Below, in pieces: positions 48,570 to 60,908 of a DNA stretch of 64,000 bases. Source of the stretch: Candidatus Auribacterota bacterium. Lineage in GTDB: Bacteria > Auribacterota > Ancaeobacteria > Ancaeobacterales > Ancaeobacteraceae. Below the pieces are notes generated by a model. The model was not told the DNA's origin, searched no databases, and saw nothing but the letters and a program-made list of their open reading frames with translations. The stretch covers positions 10,710 through 74,709 of the forward strand of contig JAKLEM010000003.1 in the NCBI GenBank assembly GCA_022711655.1. The letters run 5' to 3'. Made by a program: the position numbers and the translations under genes. Positions within the stretch are counted from its first letter, which is position 1. Each line of letters starts with the position of its first letter.

Positions 48570-50777
48570 ATGAAAACAGCCAATACGCCAAAACTGTTTC
48601 TTCTTATCGCTGCCTGTTTCGCGGCGGTCATCCTCACCGCCGTCGCATTCCTCCCCTGCCTGAACAACGGCTTCACCAACTGGGACGACAACGTCTATAT
48701 CACCGAGACGCCCATGGTCCGGACGCTGGCGCCGGACAGGGTCGGGGATTTCTTCACCGCGCGGTTCGTGAACGACTATCACGACTATCACCCGCTCACC
48801 CTGATCAGCTACGCGGTCGATTACGCGATCGGCGGGCTGAACCCCTTTGTGTATCACGCAACGAACCTCATCCTGCACCTCGGCAACACGCTCATGGTCC
48901 TGTGGCTGGTCCTCGGCGTCTCCGGATGCCTGCCGGCCGCCTTCCTGACGGCGCTCTTCTTCGGGATCCACCCTCTTCACGTCGAATCGGTCGCCTGGGT
49001 CGCCGAACGCAAGGATGTCCTGTCGACCTTCTTCTATCTCGGCTCATGCATCGCGTACGACGCCTATGCCCGAAACGGGAAGCCGCTCCCCTACGCCGTC
49101 GCGGTAGTCGCAACGCTCCTGTCGTTTCTCTCGAAATCGATGGCGATCACGATCCCGATCGTCCTCTTCCTGTACGACTACCTCCGGGGCAGAAAGCTGA
49201 CCGCCGCGACCGTCGCGGAGAAGATCCCCTTCATAGTCCTGGCGGCGGTTTTCACGATCGTCACGACCCTGATCCATCATCCTGAAGGGGGCATCACGCT
49301 TAAGAGCGAATACTCCTATTCGTTCGTCAGGAGCGTCTTCGTCGCGGGGCACGCCCTCATCTTCTACCTCTGGAAGTCGCTGTATCCGGCGGACCTCTCG
49401 TGCCTCTATCCTTATCCGCCGACGATCGAGAGCGCGATCCCGTTCGCCTACCTCATATCGCCCGTCATCGCCGCCGCGATCGCCGGAATATTCCTGTGGC
49501 GCTGCAGCAGCGACAGGCGTCTCCTCTTCGGTTTCTTCTTCTTCCTGATCACGATCGGGCCGCTCCTGCAGATCGTGCCGACGACCTGGACGGTCGCCGC
49601 AGACCGGTATATGTACCTTCCCTCGGTCGGGCTTTTCTATATAGGGTGCGCCGGGTATGTATGGATCACCGCACGAGCCGGAAGATTCCGTAAAGTTTGC
49701 CATGCTGTATTGTGCGTTATCATCGGCACGTTCATCGTTCTCACTCAGCAGCGGTGCTCTGTATGGAAAAACAGCGTGACGCTCTGGACCGACGTCATCA
49801 GGCAATACCCGTTCGTGCCGAACATCTGGAACAGCCGTGGCAGCGCCTACTCGGAATCAGGCAGCTACGCCAAGGCGATCGAGGATTTCACCGCGGGGAT
49901 CCGTCTGCACGAGAACTACCCGAGCGCATACCATAACCGGGGCAACGCCTGGTATGCCCTGGGGCAGTACGATAAAGCGTTGGCGGACTACGCCGCGGCG
50001 ATCATGTGGGAGCCGTCATACGTCAGCGCATACAACAACCGCGCGAACGTCTACGTCGCCAAGCGTATGTTCGACGAAGCGCTCGCCGACTATTCAAAAG
50101 CGATCGAGCTCAACCCGCGATACGCGAACGCCTACGCGAACCGCGCCTATCTCCGCCAGCTCACGGGCGATATGGATGGTTCCATGAATGACCTCGCTGC
50201 GGCGATCGCCGTCGAGCCCGCCAATCCCGACACCTATTTTAAACGCGCCGCCGCGTTCTTCCGGCAGGAAAAACACGCCGAGGCGATCGCAGATTATTCG
50301 CGGGCTATCGAGCTGGGAATGAGGTCGCACATCGCGTACGTTAACCGCGGATACATCTTGCACCTCGCCGGCGATCGGGATGGTGCGATGCGCGACCTCG
50401 ACCACGCCCTGCAACTCGCTCCCGACGACTTCAACGCTCATCTGAACCGCGGCATCGTCTTTCACTCGCGGGGAGAATTCGCCAAAGCGTCCGACGACTT
50501 CACGAAAGCGATCCTGCAGAACCCGCTTTCGTCACTTGCCCTCAACAACAGAGGCAATTCTCTGGTGGCGCTCGGAAGGCTCGACGAGGCGATCGCAGAT
50601 TATTCGCGGGCTATCGAGCTCAACGGCGCCTATCCCGACGCCTACAACAACCGGGGCATCGCCCATCTTCTCAAAAAGGAATACGGCAAAGCCTCGGCGG
50701 ACTTTCAAGAGGCCCTCCGCCTCGGCTTTCGCGTCAACCCCGCTTTCATCGAAGAGTCCCGCAGGGCCCGGCAATAA
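48570..50777 (+). CDS. Membrane glycosyltransferase (PMT/ArnT/TMTC-like N-terminal domain) fused to C-terminal TPR repeats
   Basis: N-terminal polytopic domain (FLPCLNNGFTNWDDNVYITE..YHPLTLISYA..) followed by about 10 TPR units (AYxNRGxAy... repeated). Confidence 0.8.
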   Translation: MKTANTPKLFLLIAACFAAVILTAVAFLPCLNNGFTNWDDNVYITETPMVRTLAPDRVGDFFTARFVNDYHDYHPLTLISYAVDYAIGGLNPFVYHATNLILHLGNTLMVLWLVLGVSGCLPAAFLTALFFGIHPLHVESVAWVAERKDVLSTFFYLGSCIAYDAYARNGKPLPYAVAVVATLLSFLSKSMAITIPIVLFLYDYLRGRKLTAATVAEKIPFIVLAAVFTIVTTLIHHPEGGITLKSEYSYSFVRSVFVAGHALIFYLWKSLYPADLSCLYPYPPTIESAIPFAYLISPVIAAAIAGIFLWRCSSDRRLLFGFFFFLITIGPLLQIVPTTWTVAADRYMYLPSVGLFYIGCAGYVWITARAGRFRKVCHAVLCVIIGTFIVLTQQRCSVWKNSVTLWTDVIRQYPFVPNIWNSRGSAYSESGSYAKAIEDFTAGIRLHENYPSAYHNRGNAWYALGQYDKALADYAAAIMWEPSYVSAYNNRANVYVAKRMFDEALADYSKAIELNPRYANAYANRAYLRQLTGDMDGSMNDLAAAIAVEPANPDTYFKRAAAFFRQEKHAEAIADYSRAIELGMRSHIAYVNRGYILHLAGDRDGAMRDLDHALQLAPDDFNAHLNRGIVFHSRGEFAKASDDFTKAILQNPLSSLALNNRGNSLVALGRLDEAIADYSRAIELNGAYPDAYNNRGIAHLLKKEYGKASADFQEALRLGFRVNPAFIEESRRARQ

Positions 50778-50781
50778 AAAA

Positions 50782-50818
50782 GGAAGCGAAGATGCCCCTC
50801 ACCGGCATCTTCACTTCC
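50782..50818. terminator. Bidirectional terminator between convergent genes
   Basis: GGAAGCGAAGATGCC (50782-50796) pairs with GGCATCTTCACTTCC (50804-50818), with one mismatch/G-U. It is flanked by an A-run and a T-rich run. Confidence 0.7.
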
Positions 50819-50849
50819 TTCCCTTATGAAGCAGCGCTGCGCGATCCGG

Positions 50850-51119
50850 TTAATTACCGGCAGGCGCCTCAGTGCTCACAGCCGGAGCAGCTTCCTCGAC
50901 AGCCACCCCTTCATCCGCGGTGACCGCAGGCGCGGGTGCTGTCGTCTCATCAGCCGGAGCCGCTTTGTCTGTCGCTGCAGCGGCCGTCTCAGCCGTATCC
51001 GACTGCTCAGCAACGGCTCCGCCGCCCGACAACGGACAACCCGCCCCACCGGCAAAAACCACACCGCCATATACAAGCAACGCCGCAAAACCAATCACCA
51101 CAAACAGCCAACGAACCAT
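50850..51119 (-). CDS. Small membrane-anchored A/E/T/P-rich protein
   Basis: 89 aa with N-terminal TM segment MVRWLFVVIGFAALLVYGGVVFA. A strong AAGGAGG Shine-Dalgarno is present. The overlapping plus-strand ORFs are R-rich shadows. Confidence 0.55.
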   Translation of the reverse strand: MVRWLFVVIGFAALLVYGGVVFAGGAGCPLSGGGAVAEQSDTAETAAAATDKAAPADETTAPAPAVTADEGVAVEEAAPAVSTEAPAGN

Positions 51120-51242
51120 ATAAACCTCCTTTACTAAGTAAGTTACGGTTCATCCATGGTGAACGCCACACATGGGTTATTGCTTACTGATTTAGACGTA
51201 TTACCCCTAAAGGCGTTCCATTGGTATTCATCATTCTGCCTG

Positions 51243-51297
51243 GGGCGGCAGGCGGGGGCTCCTTGTTTCAGCATCAAGGATCCCCCGCCTGCCGCCC
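51243..51297. other. GC-rich extended hairpin upstream of the rpmB promoter
   Basis: GGGCGGCAGGCGGGGG (51243-51258) is the exact reverse complement of 51282-51297. An inner TCCTTG/CAAGGA helix is present, with a 9-nt loop. Confidence 0.75.
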
Positions 51298-51324
51298 TTA
51301 TGCAATCAGATATGAAAATATATT

Positions 51325-51352
51325 TTGCATTTCCGTGCGGTTTTGGTATAGT
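51325..51352 (+). promoter_or_regulatory. Candidate rpmB promoter
   Basis: TTGCAT (51325-51330), a 16-nt spacer, then TATAGT (51347-51352). AAAGGAG lies before the ATG. Confidence 0.45.
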
Positions 51353-51381
51353 GTCCCCCACAATTTCAAAAGGAGTATCCT

Positions 51382-51612
51382 ATGTCTCGCGTATGTGAAA
51401 TGTGCGGAAAGGGACCGATGGCCGGGCGTCAGATCGTGCGGCGCGGTCTTGCCAAGAAAAAAGGCGGCGTCGGGCGGAAGATCACCGGTATCACCCACCG
51501 GAGGTTCCTGCCGAATCTTCAGAAGATCATGGTCACCATCAAAGGGTCGACCAAGGCCGCGAAGGTGTGCGCCCGTTGCATCAAGTCGGGCAAAGTGCAA
51601 AAAGTTTGCTAG
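51382..51612 (+). CDS. rpmB: 50S ribosomal protein L28
   Basis: MSRVCEMCGKGPMAGRQIVRRG...HRRFLPNLQ, the zinc-binding form of L28. Confidence 0.95.
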   Translation: MSRVCEMCGKGPMAGRQIVRRGLAKKKGGVGRKITGITHRRFLPNLQKIMVTIKGSTKAAKVCARCIKSGKVQKVC

Positions 51613-51644
51613 AGTAGCGCAAAGGCTGAAGTTAAGGAAGCTAT

Positions 51645-53381
51645 CTACACCTTGACTTCGGCCTTCGCCTTTTTCACGTCGGTTAACTCCAACTGCAACC
51701 GCTCTTCTCCCCTAAACGTATTCATCACCGGGCTGTAGACGATATCGATCTCATCGCCCTGTCGGACACCGAGGCCGTTAACCTCATCGGCAAGGCCGAA
51801 ACCGATGACGTCGATCTCGGCCCCTCCTCCGTTGACTTGAAGCTTTATATGGCCGACCCCGACGGCGCGCGGCGGCCGGGAGAGCCGAGCGCGGCGCGAA
51901 AGAAAGACAGGATACGGGTTGCCGAACCCAAAGGGCTCGAGCCGCGAGATCTCCTTCATGACCCCTCCCGTCAGCTCATCCAGCGCGATCTCTGCGTCTA
52001 TATCGATAGCCGGTATCAGGTCGTCGGCTGACAGGCGATCTGCGGCGACCGCGGCAAGGCGTTCCCTGAAACGCGCTAAACTGCCGCGGCTGATCGCCAT
52101 CCCGGCAGCGCCCGCATGTCCGCCGACATGATGGATATCATCCTGGCACGCCCGCAGCGCATCCAGAATATGGAAATTCTTGACGCTCCTGGCGGACCCT
52201 CTGCCGGTATCGCCATCGAACGATATTACCACCGCCGGCCTGTTGTAACGCCTCACGATGCGGCTCGCGACGATCCCGATAACGCCGTGGTGCCACCCAT
52301 CGCCTGCGGCGACGATGATCCTCGATCCCGCGAGGGCCCCGTCCCCGTCGATCTGCGCGAACACCTCTTTCATGACCTCTGCCTCGATCTTCTGCCGGTC
52401 GCGGTTGTGGTTCTCGAGCTCCAGCGCGAGCATCTCCGACTCGACCTCCTCGTCCGACAGCAGCAGCCGGGCCGCCTTGTGCGCGAGCGCGACGCGCCCC
52501 GTCGCGTTGATCCGGGGGGCGAGGCGGAACGAAACATGCCCCGCATCGATCTCGCCGGTCAGCCCCGCGACGTTCTTGAGCGCGCGGATGCCGCGGCGGT
52601 CTCCCCTTGCGATCTTCTGAAGGCCGAACTTGACGACGATCCTGTTCTCGCCGACCAGCGGGGCGACATCGCCGATCGTCCCCATACAAACCAAGTCGAG
52701 ATAGTCGCGAAGGTCGATGTCCTGAGGGAATTGTGAAAGCTTTTCGTTCCTGCACTTTTTGAGTATACCGTGCGCGAACTTGAACGCCACGCCAACACCG
52801 GCGATCTCCGTATGGGGGAACGTTGAATCGCCCCGCTTCGGGTTGATCACCGCACAACATGAGGGGGAGGGGCCTTCCGGCTCGTGATGGTCGGTCACGA
52901 CGACGTCGATGCCGGCCTGCGCCGCATAGTCGATCTCTGCGGCGGCCCCGATGCCGCAATCGACCGTTATGATCAGCCGCGCGCCTTTCTCCCGGCAGGC
53001 GTCGATCGATCCCTTTTTGACGCCGTAGCCGTCGACGCGCGACGGCAGGAAATAATCGACGTCGGCGCCCATGCGTTTGAGGAAGTCGGCGAGAAGAACC
53101 GTCGCGGTAATGCCGTCGATGTCGTAATCGCCGTGGATGACGATCTTCTCTTTCCGGTCGATCGCGCGCAAGACGCGGTCGACGCCCTGCGCCATATCGT
53201 TCAGGAGAAAAGGGTCGGACAGCTCTTTCAGGAGCGGGTTGAGGAACTGCTGCGCGCGCGCGACGTCGCAGACCCCTCGGTTAACGAGGATCTGGGCGGC
53301 GACCGGGCTGATCGTCAGTTTACGGGCGAGCTGAAAGGCAAGCGCCCTGTCGCCTTCTCTGATGATCCAACGTTTCTGCAT
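51645..53381 (-). CDS. recJ: Single-stranded-DNA-specific exonuclease RecJ
   Basis: DHH motifs (IHGDYDIDGITA, VVTDHH), a DHHA1 domain (GGHAGAAG), and a C-terminal OB-like region. Confidence 0.93.
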   Translation of the reverse strand: MQKRWIIREGDRALAFQLARKLTISPVAAQILVNRGVCDVARAQQFLNPLLKELSDPFLLNDMAQGVDRVLRAIDRKEKIVIHGDYDIDGITATVLLADFLKRMGADVDYFLPSRVDGYGVKKGSIDACREKGARLIITVDCGIGAAAEIDYAAQAGIDVVVTDHHEPEGPSPSCCAVINPKRGDSTFPHTEIAGVGVAFKFAHGILKKCRNEKLSQFPQDIDLRDYLDLVCMGTIGDVAPLVGENRIVVKFGLQKIARGDRRGIRALKNVAGLTGEIDAGHVSFRLAPRINATGRVALAHKAARLLLSDEEVESEMLALELENHNRDRQKIEAEVMKEVFAQIDGDGALAGSRIIVAAGDGWHHGVIGIVASRIVRRYNRPAVVISFDGDTGRGSARSVKNFHILDALRACQDDIHHVGGHAGAAGMAISRGSLARFRERLAAVAADRLSADDLIPAIDIDAEIALDELTGGVMKEISRLEPFGFGNPYPVFLSRRARLSRPPRAVGVGHIKLQVNGGGAEIDVIGFGLADEVNGLGVRQGDEIDIVYSPVMNTFRGEERLQLELTDVKKAKAEVKV

Positions 53382-53388
53382 AAACGAC

Positions 53389-53439
53389 CCAAAAAGGAAA
53401 CGGAGGAACGGGCATCATTATTACCCCGTTCCTCCGTTT
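53389..53439 (-). terminator. Intrinsic terminator after secDF
   Basis: AAACGGAGGAACGGG (53398-53412) is the exact reverse complement of 53425-53439. On the minus strand it is followed by CCUUUUUGG. Confidence 0.7.
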
Positions 53440-53461
53440 TCCCCTTCTCTGCTTGAGCTTC

Positions 53462-55675
53462 TTAGAGTTTCTGATTACCGCGCCACCAGAGTACCAGAGG
53501 GCTCGCGATGAAGACTGTCGAATAGGAGCCCGCTATCGTGCCGATCAGAAGCGTGAACGCGAAATCGTTGATCACCTGACCGCCGAAGAGATAGAGGCAG
53601 AGCACGACGAAAAGCACCGTCATCGAGGTCAGGATCGTCCGCGACAGCGTCTGGTTCAGGCTGACGTTAAAGACGTTCTTGAGGTCCGTCTTGCGCATAT
53701 ACTTGAGGTTCTCGCGCACGCGGTCGAAGATGACGATCGTATCGTTCACGGAGTAGCCGATGATCGTCAGGAGCGCCGCTATGACCGCAAGCGACAGCTC
53801 CCGCCCGGTCAGCGCGAGGAACGCCATCGCGATCAGCACGTCGTGGAGCAGCGACAGGAGCGCGCCTACCCCGTAGCTCACGTCGAAACGGAACCACAGG
53901 TACACCATGATCCCGATCAGCGAGAGGATGAGGGCGATGACCGCCTTCCTCTTGAGGTCGCGCCCGATCGCGGGGCCGACATCTTCGGTCTTGAGGACCT
54001 CGAACGCGTTGCCGGCGAACTTTTTCTCGATCTGGCCTTTGATCTGGTCCTCGACGTTCGCGACCGTCTTAATGATGACGTCGCTGTCGCCCGACTGCTG
54101 GATCGTGCTCGTTCCGAGGTTGACCTCCTCAAGCGCCTTCCGGACCGCGTCGATCTGCACCGGCTGCTTGAAGCGCATCTCGATCAGGGATCCTCCGGTG
54201 AAATCGATCCCGAAATTCTTACTCCCCTGATGGACGAACGCGACGGCGCCGATCACCATGATAATGAGCGACAGCGAGATCGCGATAACCCCTTTCCCTA
54301 TGAAATCGATCTTGGGGACGCCGATCACCTTCATCATCGTCAGCTTGTGAAAATGCTTGCTGAGCGACAGGTAGTCGAAGATGTTGCGGGTCACGACGAG
54401 CGCGGTGAACATGCTGGTCGCGATACCGATCGACAGTGTCACCGCGTACCCTTTCACTGCGCCGGTCCCGAACACGAACAGGATCACGCCGCTCAAAAGC
54501 GTCGTCAGGTTCGAGTCGAATATCGCCAGGAACGCGCGGTCGTACCCGTTCTCGATGACGGTCCTGATCTTCTTGCCGAGCGCCTGCTCTTCGCGCATCC
54601 GCTCGAAGATGAGGACGTTCGCGTCGACGGCCATACCGATCGTGAGGATGATACCGGCGATACCGGGCAGCGTCAGCGTGAACTTGAACCAAGCCATGGC
54701 CCCCATCAGGATGATCATGTTGAGCAGCAAGGCGACGTTCGCGATCAAGCCGCCGACGTGGTAATAGACAACCATGAAGATCGCGACGAAGACCAGGCCG
54801 GCCAGAGAGGCGTAGATCCCCTGGCGGATCGAATCTTTCCCCAGAGCCGCGCTGATGGTCCGGTCCTCGATGAACTTCACCGGCGCGGGAAGCGCGCCGG
54901 CACGGAGCAGGAGCGCGGTGTCCTTCACTTCCTCAACGGTAAAGTTCCCCGTGATCACGCCGCGCCCGTTCGGAATGACGGTCTTGATCACCGGCGCCAT
55001 CAGGACGTCGTTGTCGAGCAGGATCGCCAGCTGCCTGCCGACATACCGCTCGGTGACCAGCGCGAATATCTTCGCCCCTTCGTTGTTGAACGTGATCGAT
55101 ATCTGCGGCTCGTTGAACGCCGACCCGAAATCCGGCTGGGCGTCTGCGAGATAGGCGCCGCTCAATTCCGCCTTGGTCTTCACCAGTATCGGCACCTTGT
55201 AGCTCTGGATGCCTCCCTCGGTCGGCATATAGGCCAGCTCATAGCCCGGCGGCGGGTTCCCCTCCATGGCGTTCTTGATCTGGTCCTGGTCGGTGCTGAC
55301 CAGCTTGAACTCGAGCAGCGCCGTCTTGCCGATCAGCTTGCGCGCGCGGTCCTTGTCGGTGATGCCCGGCAGCTGGACGACGATCCGGTCCTCGCCTTCG
55401 GGGACGATAACCGGCTCCGATACGCCAAACTCGTCGACGCGCTTGCGTATGATCTCCAGCGCGCGCTCGCGTGCGCCCTTTTTCGCCGAGGGCTCAAGCG
55501 AAGAGGTGTCGACTTGAAGCACGACATGCATACCGCCGCGCAGATCAAGGCCGAGGTTGATCGGGTTAACCGGCTCACCCGTCTTCGGGTCGGTCCCGTG
55601 CGGGAACAGGCTCCATATAGCGCACCCCGTAAGGGCGGCGATCAAAAACGACTTCCATCTCATGTTCGAAAGCAT
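53462..55675 (-). CDS. secDF: Protein translocase subunit SecDF (fused)
   Basis: 737 aa. The SecD part carries LGLDLRGGMHVVLQVD. The SecF part has six TM segments (GIDFTGGSLIEMRF...). Confidence 0.93.
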   Translation of the reverse strand: MLSNMRWKSFLIAALTGCAIWSLFPHGTDPKTGEPVNPINLGLDLRGGMHVVLQVDTSSLEPSAKKGARERALEIIRKRVDEFGVSEPVIVPEGEDRIVVQLPGITDKDRARKLIGKTALLEFKLVSTDQDQIKNAMEGNPPPGYELAYMPTEGGIQSYKVPILVKTKAELSGAYLADAQPDFGSAFNEPQISITFNNEGAKIFALVTERYVGRQLAILLDNDVLMAPVIKTVIPNGRGVITGNFTVEEVKDTALLLRAGALPAPVKFIEDRTISAALGKDSIRQGIYASLAGLVFVAIFMVVYYHVGGLIANVALLLNMIILMGAMAWFKFTLTLPGIAGIILTIGMAVDANVLIFERMREEQALGKKIRTVIENGYDRAFLAIFDSNLTTLLSGVILFVFGTGAVKGYAVTLSIGIATSMFTALVVTRNIFDYLSLSKHFHKLTMMKVIGVPKIDFIGKGVIAISLSLIIMVIGAVAFVHQGSKNFGIDFTGGSLIEMRFKQPVQIDAVRKALEEVNLGTSTIQQSGDSDVIIKTVANVEDQIKGQIEKKFAGNAFEVLKTEDVGPAIGRDLKRKAVIALILSLIGIMVYLWFRFDVSYGVGALLSLLHDVLIAMAFLALTGRELSLAVIAALLTIIGYSVNDTIVIFDRVRENLKYMRKTDLKNVFNVSLNQTLSRTILTSMTVLFVVLCLYLFGGQVINDFAFTLLIGTIAGSYSTVFIASPLVLWWRGNQKL

Positions 55676-55781
55676 CTCTTCCTCCTGTTATCGTACAGCG
55701 TATTGCGTACCGCGTGCTGCGCGACACACCCCGCGTTCCATGCGACGCTGTACGAGGAACGCTGTGCGCAGAAAGTTTCTA

Positions 55782-56117
55782 TTACTCGGCGTCACCCTCT
55801 TTACCCTTTTCGACCGAAACGACCGCGCTCTTCGAAAACTCGATCTTCACATTGTCGGCAACCTTGATCAGGACCGAATCGTCCTTGAGCCCCGCGATGA
55901 TGCCGTGGATCCCCGAGCTCGTTATGACCTTATCGCCTTTCTTTATTTCGGAAAGCATCTTCTTGAGCTCTTTCTGCTTCTTCTGCTGCGGTCGTATCAT
56001 CAGGAAATAGAGAATCGCGAACATCAAAACCAGCGGAAGCATCGAAAGGATAGGATTCCCCTGCTGCCCCGCCGCCCCGCCCCCGGGCATCGCCATAAGA
56101 AATTGCAAACTATGCAT
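55782..56117 (-). CDS. yajC: Preprotein translocase subunit YajC
   Basis: LPLVLMFAILYFLMIRPQQKKQKELKKMLSEIKKGDKVITSSGIHG. Confidence 0.9.
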   Translation of the reverse strand: MHSLQFLMAMPGGGAAGQQGNPILSMLPLVLMFAILYFLMIRPQQKKQKELKKMLSEIKKGDKVITSSGIHGIIAGLKDDSVLIKVADNVKIEFSKSAVVSVEKGKEGDAE

Positions 56118-56172
56118 CGGTTGCTCCTTGTTATTGTATAAACCCGAAACCGGCCTTTTCGAAATTTCGCGT

Positions 56173-58385
<2,213 letters not shown>

Positions 58386-58401
58386 GGTTGCGCGGATGGC
58401 T

Positions 58402-59556
58402 TTAATCAAGTTTTTTTATCTCAGAGCCGGGATAATAGAACCTGAGTATATCCTGGTAATTACACCCTTCCTTGCCCATCTCCGCCGCCCCGGCCTGGCA
58501 CAAACCGACGCCGTGCCCCCACCCGCGTCCTGCGAAGACCGCTTTGCCGTCCTCCATCGCAACGCTGAAATTCGTGCTGCGCACCTGGTCGGATCCCAAT
58601 GCGTTCCGCAGCCAGTTGCTCCGGGCATGCGTGATCCCTTTCGAGTGCCGTATGACAAGCTCGGTCACCCGCTCGGACACGGCGCTCTTCTTCTTCGGGT
58701 CGATCGAGCTGATCTCGCCGATCTTCATCCCGCCCTTGTTCAGCTTCTTCTTCAGATTGGCGAGCGATATGGAGTATCGCCATTCGATCTCCGGGGCGTG
58801 CCTGCAATACGGGCATTTGATCGTCTCCGGCAGCTCGAAATCCAGCTCCCAGACATTGCCGGAAAACTCGGTCTCGCCGCCACACACCGCAGAAAAATAG
58901 GTCGGAAAGACGCAGTTCTTATACGTCAGGATGACCCCCTCCGTCTCTTTGACGGCGCGCGCGTAACTGGACGTCTGTTTCAGGAAGATCGGGCGGTAGG
59001 CCTGCGGGTTCGTCATCGTCATCTGGTACTTGCTGTCGGGGTTGCGGAGCAGCGAGAAAACGGCGAAGGTCCGGGAGATGACCGCCTGCGCCTTCATCGC
59101 CTCCAGCGGCGTATCATCGTCGATCTCCCCTGCAAGGACGCCGATAAGATACTTTTCCAGCTTGATACGGTTGATCGCGCTGAAGGTGCCCTTTCCGTTT
59201 ATGGAGAACTCCATGCATTCCCCGAACGGATTGCCGTTCAAAAAAATATGCACCCCGCCATATGTCTTGATGGTGATACGGTCGGCTCCGATCATGTGGT
59301 TTGCAAGAAAGAACTGATCGAGGCGGGCGATCAGCTTGGCCTTCGTTATGCTGGTTCCGACCTGGATGATCTTTCCCTCTCCGTCGAAGATCGTATATTC
59401 CCCGTCGATCTTGACCGTCACCGATTTGGTCTTGGAAAAGACCATCATATTGACGACGATCGGCATGCCGAGCTGGATACCCTCCTGCGCGGCGGCAGGG
59501 ACGATCGCCAGGCACAGAAACAACATGACGCAAAGAGAACGCTTCAAAGTCTGCAT
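58402..59556 (-). CDS. SpoIID/LytB-domain protein (peptidoglycan amidase enhancer type)
   Basis: Signal peptide, YFSAVCGGETE, and GRGWGHGVGLCQAGA motifs. Confidence 0.85.
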   Translation of the reverse strand: MQTLKRSLCVMLFLCLAIVPAAAQEGIQLGMPIVVNMMVFSKTKSVTVKIDGEYTIFDGEGKIIQVGTSITKAKLIARLDQFFLANHMIGADRITIKTYGGVHIFLNGNPFGECMEFSINGKGTFSAINRIKLEKYLIGVLAGEIDDDTPLEAMKAQAVISRTFAVFSLLRNPDSKYQMTMTNPQAYRPIFLKQTSSYARAVKETEGVILTYKNCVFPTYFSAVCGGETEFSGNVWELDFELPETIKCPYCRHAPEIEWRYSISLANLKKKLNKGGMKIGEISSIDPKKKSAVSERVTELVIRHSKGITHARSNWLRNALGSDQVRSTNFSVAMEDGKAVFAGRGWGHGVGLCQAGAAEMGKEGCNYQDILRFYYPGSEIKKLD

Positions 59557-59571
59557 AATGGGTTACCGACG

Positions 59572-59796
59572 TTATTTCTTTCCGAACAGCCAGAAAACCA
59601 ACGATAGTATAAGGCTACAGATGAGGCAGGTGGCAAGCGGAAAATAGAATGTGACGCCCTTCTTCCGGACCGCTATGTCCCCTGGAAGCCGGCCAAACCA
59701 GAGAGTGAGTTTCGGCGAAAGCCAGAACAGCGTCCCCGCAAGGATAAGGAACGCGCCGAGAACGATGAGTGTCTTCCCGAGAAATCTGAATTCCAT
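59572..59796 (-). CDS. DUF2905 family small membrane protein
   Basis: 74 aa with the motif GRLPGDIAVRKKGVTFYFPLATCLICSLILSLV. Confidence 0.75.
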   Translation of the reverse strand: MEFRFLGKTLIVLGAFLILAGTLFWLSPKLTLWFGRLPGDIAVRKKGVTFYFPLATCLICSLILSLVFWLFGKK

Positions 59797-59837
59797 GATG
59801 GCGGCACATGCGGCCTTTGGTCGCTTTCTTCGGTCAG

Positions 59838-60872
59838 CTACAGCAGTTCGCCTTCCGCCCTGCCCCTGCGCGCACCGCCGAAAAGCTCCATCGCCAGCGG
59901 CGTCGCTTTACGACCGCTGGGGGTGCGCTTGATATACCCCTGCTGGATCAGGTACGGCTCATACACCTCTTCGATAGTCCCCACCTCTTCGCCGACGGCC
60001 GTTGCGATCGTATTGACCCCCACCGGGCCGCCGCCGAACTTCTCGATAATGGCGTGTATGATCTTCTTGTCCATATCGTCGAGGCCGAACTCGTCGATGT
60101 CGAACATCTTCAGCGCCTGGTCGGCGATATCCCTGGTTATCACGTTGTCAGCCTTGATCTGCGCGTAGTCGCGCACGCGGCGGAGCAGGCAGTTCGCTAT
60201 GCGCGGCGTGCCTCGCGACCGCTTGGCGATCTCTCGCGCGCCGTTTTCGTCAACCGTGACCTTGAGGATCCGCGCAGAACGGCCGATGATATCGTAGAGA
60301 TCGTCCGCCTCGTAGTAGTCGAGCCTGTTCGCGATGCCGAAACGGGACCGGAGCGGCGACGTCAGCAGGCCGCTGCGCGTCGTGGCGCCGATGAGCGTGA
60401 ACCGGCACAGCTTGAGACGGACCGAGCGCGCCCCGGGCCCCTTGTCGATGACGATGTCGAGCACGAAATCCTCCATCGCGGGATAGAGATATTCCTCGAC
60501 AACCTTGTTCAGCCGGTGTATCTCATCGATAAAAAGGATATCGCCCTCCTCCATGCTCGTGAGAAGCCCCGCGAGGTCGCCCGCCTTTTCGATCGCGGGG
60601 CCGGAGGTCGTCTTGATGTTCGCCCCGACCTCTTTCGCGACGATATTCGCCAGCGTCGTCTTCCCCAGCCCGGGGGGGCCGGAGAAAAGCATGTGCTCGA
60701 GCGTCTCCTTGCGCATCCTGGCCGCTTCGATGAAGATCTCGAGGCGCTCCTTTACCTTTCTCTGCCCGACGAATTCCTTCAGCGAGACCGGCCGCAGCGG
60801 CAGCTCGTACTGCAAATCGCGCTCGTTCAGCGTCGTCGATATGATCCGTTCTTCCATCTGTTTTCCATTCAT
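59838..60872 (-). CDS. ruvB: Holliday junction helicase RuvB
   Basis: [18 protein letters not shown], Walker [16 protein letters not shown]. Confidence 0.97.
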   Translation of the reverse strand: MNGKQMEERIISTTLNERDLQYELPLRPVSLKEFVGQRKVKERLEIFIEAARMRKETLEHMLFSGPPGLGKTTLANIVAKEVGANIKTTSGPAIEKAGDLAGLLTSMEEGDILFIDEIHRLNKVVEEYLYPAMEDFVLDIVIDKGPGARSVRLKLCRFTLIGATTRSGLLTSPLRSRFGIANRLDYYEADDLYDIIGRSARILKVTVDENGAREIAKRSRGTPRIANCLLRRVRDYAQIKADNVITRDIADQALKMFDIDEFGLDDMDKKIIHAIIEKFGGGPVGVNTIATAVGEEVGTIEEVYEPYLIQQGYIKRTPSGRKATPLAMELFGGARRGRAEGELL

Positions 60873-60908
60873 TTAAGGGGCCTCCGCAGCACGTCCGCAG
60901 ACCGGCTC

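Noticed and set aside
50279-50620. 36-nt exact direct repeat cgaggcgatcgcagattattcgcgggctatcgagct at 50279-50314 and 50585-50620
   Set aside because: It lies within the TPR region of the glycosyltransferase gene and is spaced 306 nt apart, which is three 34-aa TPR units. It encodes EAIADYSRAIEL in both copies, so it is explained by intragenic TPR duplication or gene conversion.
50826-51190. Plus-strand ORFs 50826..51137, 50872..51123 and 50936..51190, and minus-strand ORF 50876..51094
   Set aside because: They overlap the minus-strand gene 50850..51119, which alone has a strong AAGGAGG SD and a TM-like N-terminus. The alternatives are R-, Q- or S-rich with no start context.
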